The notes under the pieces: generated by a model
Seen by the model: the letters and a program-made list of their open reading frames with translations, nothing else
What the model was told of the DNA's origin: nothing
Database searches by the model: none
NCBI GenBank assembly: GCA_965285935.1
Contig: OZ260664.1
Location: forward strand, 69,502,001-69,566,000
Direction of reading: 5' to 3'
From: Ophelia neglecta
Lineage: Eukaryota
Length of the DNA: 64,000 nt
Part shown: one piece after another, positions 14,536 through 26,482 of the stretch
How positions within the stretch are numbered: position 1 is the stretch's first letter
Layout: each line of letters opens with the position of its first letter
Program-made: the position numbers and the translations under genes

Positions 14536-15180
14536 CTAATACTGCCTGCTTTTATAACCGTTTATTGCTGAAAGAACACAGTCCAACATAGTCTTTAAAT
14601 GAATCACCTTGACAGATCCCTTGTCGAAATGGTAACTGTAGCATTAAACCATTAGTCCATAAATACTGGTGTATTTACGGTAAATATTGTCTGTGTGATT
14701 TTTATCTTCATCCAGCATTACAATGGACTATTCTAGACCAATGACTTGGCTTTGTCTGTCGGGTACCCACTCCTGTTTTTTGCATTTCTGGGACCTCCTC
14801 AAGAAATAGTGCATACTTTTAACATTTAAATTATCCAATATTTACGAATTTTGTTCACAGGCAGTTGGTACAACAGAAACCACCAGGCTGGTGTCTTTTG
14901 AAGGCACTTTTCTTTGAATGATGACAGCCATTTTGTAGATCGAGTCGCCTTTAAGACACAGTGAGTTGTACCGTGTATATTATGATGTCTTGTCGATGAA
15001 TAACAGAAATGCTTCAAGCCAGTTGTAGACCGTTTTAATATCATCCAGACCAAAGGCTAGCCCTGGTAACATAACTGTCATATTAATTAACTGTTGGCTT
15101 CTCATAAATACACGCGTATAGTTCCAGATTATTCCAAATCTAACACAATTACTGCGGGCCGGAATATCGAACAAAAGCAT
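14536..15180 (-). mobile_element. Decayed L1/Tx1-clade ORF2 C-terminal region
   Basis: 215 codons in one frame with only 4 internal stops. GLAFGLDDIK, LDNLNVKSMHYFL...QEW, LE*SI...TDNIYRKY follow the order of the GGLxLxDI, KxxYxxL..Q.KW, W....T.D..LR motifs of Tx1/L1 ORF2 tails. Confidence 0.4.
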
Positions 15181-15964
15181 ATGCGAGATATTTATATGTG
15201 AAAGAAATGGAATTCGGTGTTGAATTTATTAGAAAGCGACCATCAACCATTGCAAATCCGCTGCAACGTATAATAATGCGGAGTTTAAACTGCATTTGGA
15301 CACCTTATCTCTGTCTCAATGAATTGTAAATATTAGTGGTTTAAACAGCAGAATCCACAGATGTTTTCAATAGCTGTTTCCGATCAACACGACTCGAAAC
15401 TAATATGCCTAAGAACAAGTGTGTGTTACTATCTGCGTATGTATGTCCCGGCACAATACCCATATGGTTTTTATTAAATTATGTGAATGAGATTTCCCCA
15501 CTTCTCCTAGAACTCAACTCATACACAAAGGACCACACGAAAGATTCCCTGTTTAGATCGTACAAAGAGGCTAGCCTCCTGTCTGAATTCATATCACCGA
15601 AATCTCATAACAAAGCATCTCATGTTTCATGCACGTCTGATATATATAACAGACAGTTAAAACAATGAACACATTGGCACGAGACATTGTTTACACTGAA
15701 AGAATTACACAACTGTGACATTGTTACTCCCAACACTATCACTAAACTCAGTCATGTTCTTTGATCATTCACTGGAAAGTCGCCGGTAGCTAAGAGAGAA
15801 TATCGATTTTGCAATGAATGGTGGTTTGAATGCTCCTGGAAAAAGCCGTTTCTGCGGTACTATTGAGAGCCAGCCGATCCGTAAAGTATACATGTGGAGA
15901 GCTTCTATATATGTGATGCACTGAAAAAGAAGATACGATAGCTAGAAGGATGATTTTTCTGTTT

Positions 15965-16200
15965 GTTCGGCGCCCTTGCCCTGGCTGTAATAACTGTCGA
16001 AAGCAGGGATCATGCCGTTGCTACAACCACGGGGTCGATCATTGCCGACACAAGCTTTCATCGGTTTCATTGGGTAGCAAGCAGAACATCCATGGAAAAA
16101 TTGCAATACAAGGCAAGCCTACCATTATTTATCAATATTCCGCCTGTATGTGTTTCCCCTCATTTTCAAATTCTTTGCTTCGTTTGCATCTGATAAAGTC
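15965..16200 (+). mobile_element. Frameshifted THAP zinc-finger relic (DNA-transposon derived)
   Basis: Across frames: CPGCNN ... SFHRF ... W-KIAI ... VC.SPHFQILCF, i.e. the C-x-C...FHRFP...W...CSxHF THAP signature in the correct order. Confidence 0.5.
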
Positions 16201-17559
16201 TTCCGAAATATGCGTGCTTTTTTCAGAGCCTTGTTATAAAAACGGTAAAAAAGAGAACTTTTCTGTGCTTGAGATTTGCTCCCTCCCCCCTCACCAATAC
16301 AATCTTCCCCAGGTTTGCATAACTGACACTAGAAATTAAAACTTAACTTGCTATCGAGACCGGCAATCTTCTATGAGTCATCATTTTCCTCCAAGTATAA
16401 CCGGCTGATATCTTGTAAAAGTGTTGCAATTGTTGAGAGGTTGACAGCCTTTAATATATGAATGTAATTCAAACACTCAAACATTAGGAAGCACCAGTTA
16501 AAACCTTTGTTATTGAAAATGTCGCAAAGCATCGATTCACGCATTACCACGAGGAGCCCCTAAACTGTAAATAGAAATAGAAGTAGCGCATAGTAATAAA
16601 ATCAAAATTCAAATATGTCCAATCACATTCGAGAATTGATGTGTCATCTCAACACCCACATAGAAGAAACGAGTTCTACCAGGAACAGGGTTAGATGAAA
16701 ATAATAGATAGATCTGCACAACATCCTCACAAGTAATTAATAATGGTAATCATTTTTCGTATTGTATATCGCAGCAAATGTGTCTTTGCCTAGTGTCTCC
16801 ATCGGTTGTCTATAGACTTAGGGCACGCAATATCCGGAGCATTACCGCCAACCCACATGTATTATGTGATCGCGTCCAATGTCAGACAGGCGACATTGAT
16901 AAGCACACATGTTCCATAATTGATTTTTGGTATGATAAGAATACCCAAATTCCATACTTTACCCCGTTCTATTACCTAAAATCGCAAATTATAAAGTAGA
17001 ACACGTATTATGAAGTTAAGCGAAAACTTCGACACAACAACGATGTTTGCGCTAGGGTTCATGTGCACTGCTTCATTCTGATATAACATTCCTGTTACGC
17101 CCGTGAATAGGCCTAGTCACAATAAAAGCGAGATTGGTTCCCTTTACGTCAGTAACTTGTTTTTACTATTGTGAAGATTTACTAGGCTTTTCTTTAACAA
17201 AAGCATAAGAGAGTTAAATCTATAGACCAGATATTCTGCCATATTTTATCTATGCCATACGTTGACCACGTTTGGTTTGGATCGTTTGTTTGTGCTCTGA
17301 CTCATGTCATAGAAAACTGATAACAACTCTTCATTGCAAATAATGTCTTTTCTTTTTTTCAATTGAATTTTATTTAAAGTTGGATCCTGGGGATTGATGC
17401 TGCGGGCCAAGTAACAATCTGCTGTTCGTTCATGGAGTATTCTTCATTAATGGTTTTGTTTTTTTCTGCCGGGTTTCCATCCGGGTTTTTGGATTTTGTT
17501 CAGGATCGAATGAACAAATTGGTTGCAGAAACCACGAGATTAAGCCAAGTCACAACGGT

Positions 17560-17830
17560 GAGGACTGTCTAGTATTGACAATACATAGTCTTAATCCAAA
17601 GCTGAATTTCCATTTCGCCCTGTGACCTTTGCGATAGGTGCTGAGCAACAGTCCGGCCACGGATAACGCTATCTCGGCCCGCACATTGCAGATGATTAAA
17701 CCGGCATAAACCGGGTCTTTCAACACTCATATTCGATATCATGTACCGCGCCCACAGTTGCCAAAGAAGTACATGTCTAGCCGGCTGGCAATTGAAGGGC
17801 GGTAGCATGACACCAATCGCCACAAAGTGT
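17560..17830 (-). mobile_element. APE endonuclease relic (CR1/Rex1-like)
   Basis: IGVMLPP ... RFNHL ... TGRNGNSALD resemble VYxPP, GDFN and PTRxxNTLD. Confidence 0.3.
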
Positions 17831-19239
17831 TTGAGCAAATACCTTAACAGGTAATTTCCTCTGAAGTAGGCGCCCTGACCGGCTGTAGTTAGTTAACCCC
17901 AAACGTGTTCCGATGATTGGTCAGATACCGAAGACTTTTTTAATTAAGCTATGCTGTCAAACCATTGGGACTTCCTTCATCTCCTTTGATTAAGACGCCT
18001 TTGACATAGATGCGTCGCTGCGTTACACATGCTGATACCGATTACCATTTATACTGTGCGTTAATAACTGCAATCGAATTGTTCTACTAGAAATTGTTAA
18101 ATGAGATGTGTGCCCTTTGTAAGATCATTTTCGATTATTTATGACTAAAAATGCAAGGACATCTACGTACTTCTTTCATGTTGCTTGTGGAGTCAACACC
18201 CTCTATTGTATCACAATTATGAGAGAACCTATTCTAGCATATTTGAGGTAAAATGACCGAAGCCCGATGAAGATTTTCATACACTACATTTGGACTCATC
18301 GGGACTCACGTTGTGAGGGTTTAAAGATAAATGATTCTGTTGAGCTATTGAGGACCCCAGTTATGGCCATAGCTCTCCTGCTGGTCGCTTTTGGAGACAC
18401 ATACAACCATAAACAATACAATATACAATAGGTTTAGGTGTGAGTAAATAAACTTAAGATAATACATAAGGAGTTGCATATTAATTTATTGGTAAGCGTG
18501 AGCTGTGGCTGCTCGTCCTTAGTCCAGACCGATTTAATGGACTAGTTTCGTCTAATGTTGTGGCTTTGTCTGCCTGGTCTAAACTCCTCTTTTTCTTCAG
18601 TATATTGTATGCTTTAACAGTTTCACGTACTGCACTCACGGTAAACTTATGTACATATAACACTATGCAAACACAATATAAAACCCATCACAAATCAGAG
18701 TACTTAATTTCTATTGATTAATACGATCATATGTTACAAACGATTCAATTATCTATTTATGAGTATTGTCTAATAGTCAGTGTTTGTCTCCAGTAGAACA
18801 TCTGTGTCACAGTAAATACATTCATCACCTTTTTATTGCAGTTTGTGTCTCTAGCTATTGGGGTAGAGTCTGCCTTTCAGTGATCTGCTTACTTTCGGGG
18901 TCATGTAGCCTTGTATAAATAGTTGGGCGGGCTCGACCTTCTTATTTGTGGGCTTTTCGTGTTTTCTTCTTTTTTTGTCACCTTCGGCATGAGTGGTAGA
19001 GACGCGCGTACAGACTCACTATCTCTTGAAACAATGTCACTATCTGTTTATATATCAACTGTATTGGAGTAGCGATCCTCTTGCTGAAGACACAATACTT
19101 CGTTTTATGACCCTCAAGGTCACATGGGAAACAAAAGATCGTCATGCGCTTCATGCATTCCAGGTTTGTATGGCCTTAGTTTTTGTTTACTCTCTTGATG
19201 TCCAATTATATTAATCTGTTGGAGTTATTATGGGACAAA

Positions 19240-19392
19240 CGGGTTGTACATTGGACATTTGGAAAAGCTGGGTTTTGGGTCGCAGTCGATTTTCGAGTAG
19301 CAGAAGTGATTGCTATTGTGCAAGATGTGCGTTTCCCCAGTAGGGCCATTGTCTCCAGCCATCCTCGTCAAACTGTACATCAGTGGCTCGCA
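19240..19392 (-). mobile_element. L1/Tx1-type endonuclease relic
   Basis: With one frameshift it reads QFDEDGWRQ..PTGETHILHNSNHFCYSKID....SKC, matching the L1 EN pattern DxWRxxxPxxxxYTFxSxxHxxYSKID. Confidence 0.5.
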
Positions 19393-21229
19393 CTGAAAAC
19401 AATTATATATATCATCATTTGAAACGTGCAGAGGTATTGCGTGTATTGATATGCGAGTATTATTTCTCTCGCTTGTTTCTGCTGTTTGTCACTCAACAAA
19501 ACCGAATCTAGTGACAACAGTGATGTCATCGTGCCCTGCGAACTCGTATACATTATTCTCCTGCCCACAGCTTGGTTGAAAGGAAAGAGGCCCGTTGGCG
19601 TAATCAGCCTTTCATGGGGAGTATGGCCCAAAACAAATATGTTTTTCAACTCGTGGTAATCCCTTAGTGATAACTATACAAGAAAAGGATGATGTCTAAT
19701 TCTGACCAATCTGTGTGTGTGTGTGTGATACCAGAAACATGATGCATTTTCTCATTTGGCCAACAGCGGTTTTGTTCTGCATGTTCTATTTTCATATATT
19801 TTATATAAGCGATCTCACATTCTTAATTAATGGCCTCAATCTTTCTAAAGGTCATTTGATGTTAAATATGGCAATATCCCCGGTATATTCTTCACACTGT
19901 CATAGGAGTACTATTACCAATACTTTAATATGTAATACGCCCTATTAATTAAGCGCTAATGTATGCTTGTCTCAACAACTCTTTGTTCTTTAGCTCCATT
20001 TATAGATTTCCTTCTCCGGACCCCTTGAACGCCTAGTCATGCATGTGTACATCTTTTGTGTGGCTAATGAGGTCTATACGAATGAAGGGAGACGAAGAAC
20101 ATCTACGCGACGAAAACATTTTTTAAATTACTAGATACTATGATGACTTGTATTTTCAGTTTGAGCAGTGTAGTGGATGTCTACGGTCCAATATAGCGCC
20201 AAAACCCCTCCACAGCACGGGCAAGGAGGTCGTCTTTGGAATATAAGGGCCAGTAAGAGCTATTGAGCAGGAGTGAAAAAAGAAATGTGAAGGAATAATG
20301 AGTTTAGAGCGGTCTACCCTTGTTTTTGCATCGTATTGTCTTGCCCAAGTGTTAGGTAAATATATGGCGGAAACTTGTTGTTATAGAATGGTTATTATCT
20401 ACATTCTAAAATAACTGTTCCTACCCCGTGTTTGTGAAATAAGGGTTTAAAACATAGTCACCCATTTTTATTCAGTAAAAGCGATGAACAGCGAACTACC
20501 CTATATATTTTGTTTTCAAGAATTGATCTAATAAGAACAATGTATGCAGGAGACAAGCGAATGACAAACACCCATTGGATTACCAATAAACATATGAAAC
20601 GGGCATTATAGAGTCAATGACAGTATTGATACTGCAAAGTAAACAATACTTTACTATGTATGGATAGGTTAATTGGAGGTTAATTTTGTGAAGGAAGTAT
20701 GCTTCCTTTGATTCTCCTATCCGCCTCTCAATAAAGGTCGTGTCATTTTGATATTATATGCATGAATTAAAAAGTAACTTTCTTCATTTTAAGTTTGGAA
20801 GCATCACTATTTTCGTTATTGCACATTGAGCTTCGCAATTTCATCCAATACATTCCACGATGATTAGCTAAATCCCGAAATCGGGTGCCTAACTACAAAA
20901 CACTCAACACGCGTTTTTTGTCTGTATTACTTTTGCTCCTTCAAGTATATTCTTCGTGTTATCTAGACGAGGAAACATCAAAGACTTTTGATGGGAATAT
21001 CTCCAGGTACTGATAATTGAATTAAATCATTCATAAATTTATTTCATGTTTTTGTTCCTGAATGCCACCGATGTGTCATTTCCCAGGATTATAGTTTCCC
21101 CGCTATTGATCAAATGCTTGGTTTCGTCAGTTGGGTATCTCGATTCTCCTTCAAACATCGTTTGTAAGTGAAACATTTATAAGTGTGTGCGTATTTATAT
21201 TTTTAATGGCAACCAGGGGGGGGGGGGGG

Positions 21230-21580
21230 AATAAATGATGACGACATCACAAGACTAGATGGCCCCGCGACGGCAACAGATTACAAGCTACATTGAGCGT
21301 GGATAAGCAACGAACCGAGGAAAGTCGTCCGAGGTTTAATCGATGTCACCCGGTACAGCTCTACCAGGTTTCGCTACTGTGGCCTGCATGTCGTCAGCGG
21401 TTCCGGTCCAGGTACAAGCGACGCCACCCAATGAAGCTCCGTCATCTTTCCATGCTGTAGCTTAAATGTCATAGTTAGTTCCGGCCCCGCTTACTAGCGC
21501 CCTCACCCAATGAAGTTCTGGCAAGCTGCACCTACTGTTTCGTATTTTATAGCTGCGCCTGACTCACTGCACTCAGGTAT
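21230..21580 (+). promoter_or_regulatory. GC/CpG-rich promoter-like island
   Basis: Identical CACCCAATGAAG (CCAAT box) at 21425-21436 and 21504-21515; GGCCCCGC at 21261 and 21483; TTTATAG at 21546; TGACTCA (AP-1) at 21560-21566. Confidence 0.3.
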
Positions 21581-22514
21581 AGAAGCTTGTTTGCAATGAT
21601 TTGACCAACCAAGGGATTTGAATTGAAAAAAGATCATTAACACTTTATTTTGCAATGACAATTATTATACATAACATATATATCAGAGCTGGCTCCTAGC
21701 TGACACCATAACATATATAAAGAGCAATGAAGCTTATTATACTAAACATTATACCCAACGAGCCAGCAAACAATTAATAACATGACAAATTAATACTGGT
21801 GAAGATAATTTTATGAACTTAAAGCACAAAGAAAAGGTGGTGTGAACACCTTACCATAAGGCCAACAAAATTGGCCCGTCGTATTATGTCGAAGGCAATT
21901 CCTGTGCAGACGCTTACGTTATATAATAAAGGAGCATATATGAACAAGCCCCATGACTTGAATAAAACTTGTCTGAATTAGCCATGCCACATCAAGCGGT
22001 GGTCAATACATAAAAACCAACATATTTTCATTCCAGTTAAACAACAGACCCACGTATAAACCTCAGAAAAAACGAGAATACGATGACTCGATTCGTTGCA
22101 ATATATGTTTAATCATTACAATAACCTATAAATTGCATGTCAATTCTATGTCCTTGGCGAAGATGCATCCGACCAATCTGACCGACCTTGGTATAAATTA
22201 ATGATAGGTCCGACGTGCGAGCAGATAGCTGAAGGATAACATTTATGTTCGCCAAGTCTGATGAAAACGTGCCTTGGTACTTGCAGAGCGGAATCGTCTT
22301 CCGGCCGTTATTTGCATGTTGCACGCCAATGTGTATCAAACCCCCCTAGCCTTGGGTAGAATTCATACCTGTCATTTTAAAAGTTCAGTAGAACGAAAGA
22401 GGATATCTCGTGCCTGCCTCGAATGATATAAAACGCACTCAATTAGTACTTGAAGTCTTGGAGGTGAATTGTGGGTGTATTGTGGCGTACGTTTTGTGCA
22501 ATGATGTTTGTTAT

Positions 22515-22927
22515 TTAAAGGAATGATAACTTTATTGGTGATAACCTGTCCGCAGAAAAAAGATGTAGTTCCATAACGTGGACTATTCCACGGGGCTTAT
22601 CTCTTGTGGGGGGACATCATTTGCGTGACTGGTAATGTGCGAGTTAAACTTTGTTATTTGGGATTGCTGCATTACATGCAGTACCGTAGAATATCTACCA
22701 TCTTTTCAGTTTGGTCCGATGAGTATCAATGATTCTTTGATAAACGCATTTAATAACATAAATCACGCATACTTCTAAGTTGTCTCAGATTCACTGATAT
22801 CTACTTAACACTGCAAATATGATTTGGTCTCAAACATCACCGAACAAGTTAATCATTTTCTTATTTTCAAAGTGTCTCAGAGTGCAACAGAAATACAAAT
22901 TCATTATGATAAAGTTATCTCATTTAA
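22515..22927. mobile_element. TTAA-flanked non-autonomous DNA transposon (Kolobok/piggyBac-type)
   Basis: Left TTAA-AGGAATGATAACTTTAT and right ATAAAGTTATCTCAT-TTAA form imperfect terminal inverted repeats with TTAA at both ends. Confidence 0.5.
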
Positions 22928-23708
22928 AAATTTGCATTTATTGAGCCCATATTTTGTTGTCTATGCACAAATCATAATGATTTTTTTGTGTAGTTATTAT
23001 TAAAATAATGTTTTACATTTGATGGTAATTGTAGTATAATGATTGTACAGTAATACTTTGCCGTTTTAGTTAATTTGGTATTGTTACTGATTTTGTAATG
23101 AATAACAAGTATTTTATCATTTTTTGAACTGAATTTTATAGTGTATTTTTATTGGTAAATATAACAGTTATTCGTTTTATTACATGCCATTAATACTACA
23201 GGGTATATTTTAAACAAGTTGTTTATGGTGTAAACAGGATCAAATTGAAAGTCCAGCGTAGCAAATTTTCATAAAAACATGACACTTTATAAGTTTAATT
23301 ATATAACAAATATAATAAAATTTGATGGTGATCGTATCAAATAGTTTACATTACAAACTATTTTAAATTGACTTCTTCTTGTCAAGAAGATACGCGAGTA
23401 ACACAAACTACTTAACAGATTGTATGTATGAACAATGATAAGTGCCCAAAAGTAGTAAAAGTTTCAAGAGTTCTAATGTTCCATGATAAGAAGGACTCGC
23501 CTCAGAGAAGAGTGATTCACCGCGGCGCCTGTCCGCCCTTTGTCTATACACTTAACCCTGCCAATCTCCGGTCCTTATTACAACGAAGTGCAATGTTTAT
23601 TCACGGCCAAAAATCAGAAACAGCAATCAGAAACAGCAATGAAAAATATCGGTCCCGTGGGAGAAAATGATGACACACATCTCCCTGTTCTACCCGTATC
23701 CCGTATTT

Positions 23709-23967
23709 TAAGGACGACCGATTAGTAACAATTAGTAACGATGAAATGAGGGCAAGCGGGGGGAGTGAGGGAGGGAAGAATTGGGTTTCGCAATATTGAT
23801 ATTGATTGAGGAGGGGGTAATATTTTTAAGCATATGAGGGCGGGTTGGGGAGCTCGGAAAAACAGTGAATGGGGAAGGGCCGAAAAAAATAATGCATTTC
23901 ACATCATTCTATCAACCCTCCCCCCCCCCCCGCCCCCCACCGGTGTTAATTTCTGACCGCTCCTTGA
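23709..23967. mobile_element. MITE with G-run/C-run subtermini (PIF/Harbinger-like)
   Basis: The right end is a C-tract then TAATTTCTGACCGCTCCTT; the degenerate left end TAAGGACGACCGATTAGTAA is followed by G-tracts. Confidence 0.45.
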
Positions 23968-24329
23968 GTCACATTTTAATTATTGCCAGGGTGTAGCTAG
24001 GCCTGGCCATTTTTTTGGTGGACAAAAAGAAACCAGCTCGTAGTCACTAGAAAAAAAGAGCAGGTTCTATTCGACCATGGCAGTTAAGGAAGCATTAATC
24101 CGAATAGCGAAGTCGCTCTAAGGTTGAAAAAACCTTTGTCTGGTAGCTCGTTACAAGCAAATCCAATTCACCGGGCGGCCTTTGCCATAGGATACAAACG
24201 GCACTAAATAACCATTGAGCCAAGGGGCGCGTTATTGCCGCCACCACTTGTAAGGTCATAACTACAAGCATTTTATTTTATACTAGGGCCTAGTAGTTCT
24301 CCAACAGTTACATTCGATACCGTCTATCA

Positions 24330-24500
24330 CCTCTGGGGAAACTTAACTGCAAGACTGGCAACCGGAGCGTTTTCGGCTGATCCTCCGGTCTTGACCATGG
24401 TAAACCGAGACCACTCGAACACGAAATGGTCGCCACACGCGGGTTCTACCAACGGACCCCTGGGCCCTAGGTAGGCCGCAACCGACCTGACTAATCTGGT
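24330..24500 (-). mobile_element. tRNA-derived SINE remnant
   Basis: Minus strand CCAGATTAGTCAGGTCGGTTG (A-box-like) ... GGTAGAACCC (B-box-like, 24441-24450) at tRNA spacing, followed by a GC-rich body; no intact cloverleaf. Confidence 0.55.
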
Positions 24501-26011
24501 ACAAAATGGGTAAAACAAGCACCAAGTAATACTGGAAAATATAATTAAGCACAGTGTATATCTTCGTCTACCGTTCTAGATAAGTGATCAATGGTGATTT
24601 GGATAATATGTTTTACGCATCCGTCGCGTCGCAGGCCCGTATACGGGTATTTATTTAAATTGACGATTGACCTGACCTGACCTAATTATGATTTTCTGTT
24701 ACATGTACGTCGCAGCTACATTTTAAAAGTGTGGTTTATTACTGGTGAGGCTGCATGCAAAAATAAGGGAATGGTCACTAAACCGGTGAGAAGAACTTAT
24801 TCAACCGGCAGAATATATTTTGAGTTGGATCACGTCAACATTTCAGCCGCCATTTGTCGTTCCAGAGACACATCACGTGCAAATGATTTGCACTATAATA
24901 ATTTTAGCTGAAACTGTTGATACCAAACTTTTCCTTGACATATAATATTGTAAGGAACAAAATCGAATCTCTGCCATGTATTATCTAGACAGTACTTATA
25001 TTTTCCTAGACATACTTTTATATGCTACCTTGAGGTAAGTGGAAATATCCCGAGAACATTTCAAACGGTCGGAGTTTTCCTCACTACGGGTAGCCGCTTC
25101 TTTTGTTGGCCAGAGCCACCGGCGAGCAGCACAGACGTTAGATACCTACTTTAATTTTGATCTGCTGTGTCCCACGGCTTACGCCGAGTGCGACGAGACC
25201 AGTACGGCTCATAGTTGAGCAGCAGGCCAATTCCGAATGACTAACATCTATATTGCGGATCACAGGGCAAAAGCTATTGTTCATTTCCGATAATTTGAAA
25301 CAGTAAACCCTGATACGCGGGATATTGAACAACATATTCTTAGAAAACAGTTAATGAAAATGCTTGGTCCCGGACAACGGAGAAATGTCATATTTCCGAA
25401 TCCCGATGTATCAATAACTCAACTGCCGGATCACGGTAAAATAAAAAAATAGGATATAGTCGGCACATTTTTGTCGACCCAAATGGTAATTTGCGTGTGC
25501 GAGTGCTGGCGAATTACGCATCCGCTTCGAACTGACCAAAGTCTGGACCAAAGTTACACGCAACAGTGCTTCAGGCTAACGTAAAATGGCAAAGCTATGG
25601 CATGATAACGTTATAAACTGATCCGTAGTGTGTCAAATCCAGCAGGGTATATGTTATGTTATGTGGCCACTGATGAAACTGTCCAGTCGGATGCTGTTAA
25701 CAGTTTGCCCATGAACAGGTTGATGAGAACTATTTAGATTTCAAAGTCCCCTAAAGTCAACTCGTGACTTTATTTCCGACCGAACCACCTGATGAGTATG
25801 CAAGTGCTAGGTATCAATGATGCTCGCCCAAACTTAAATGGGCGTATACTAAAATCGAAAACAACTTGTTTAAGCAGACGATAGTTTCCATGCAACTCCT
25901 GGATGAAAGGAGTTGTCTAGTTAACGAAGTGCATTCATAGTGCCTTCAATATCGCCAATGATGAACTAGAATTTCATTGCCAGGTGTTTTTGAATCAATG
26001 AGCCATAAGGG

Positions 26012-26208
26012 GAAATCGCCTGCCAGAAACAGGCCTCGGGAACAATTATAGGTATAACACTGTAGAGCTTGTCAATTTATATCGCTTGCGGTTTCTACCG
26101 TCAGCGGCTGCCATGTCCTGATCTAGGAGTACATATACTAAGAGATAGCTAAAGACGAGATGAAGGCAACGAATATAGATGCAAGCTGAATAGCACATTC
26201 TATATTCC
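26012..26208. repeat. Duplicated flank plus partial MITE copy
   Basis: 26012-26135 repeats at 26216-26339 (204-bp offset), and 26063-26204 is the reverse complement of ~26335-26482. Confidence 0.85.
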
Positions 26209-26266
26209 TTGATTTGAAATCGCCTGCCAAAAGCAGATCTCGGGAACAATTATAGCTTTAACACTG

Positions 26267-26482
26267 TAGAGCTTGTCAATTTATATCTCTTGTGGTTTCT
26301 ACCGTTATCGGCTTCCATATCCAAAGCCAGGAGTACAGAATAAAGAAAGTGTTATCCAGCTTGTATCTAGATTCGTTGGCTGTAGCTTGTCTTTAGCTAT
26401 ATGATAGCATCTGTACTCCTGGGTCCGGACATGGCAGCCGCTAACGGAAGAAACTACAAGCGAAATAAATCGACAAGCTCTA
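26267..26482. mobile_element. 216-bp MITE with ~70-bp terminal inverted repeats
   Basis: TAGAGCTTGTCAATTTAT...CAGGAGTACAGA pairs with TCTGTACTCCTG...ATAAATCGACAAGCTCTA. Confidence 0.85.

Noticed and set aside
14536-15300. Mab-21/cGAS-like pseudogene (VDGRF, SVVPT, IHLKTML)
   Set aside because: No GS...ExD nucleotidyltransferase motif; the motif order fits an L1/Tx1 ORF2 tail better.
19228-19392. Terminal coding exon (good acceptor, 54 aa, TAA TAA, downstream AATAAA at 18832-18837)
   Set aside because: DGWR...H.CYSKID across a frameshift identifies an L1-type endonuclease relic; exonisation cannot be excluded without RNA data.
24440-24500. tRNA gene
   Set aside because: A and B boxes are degenerate and no cloverleaf forms; treated as a SINE head.
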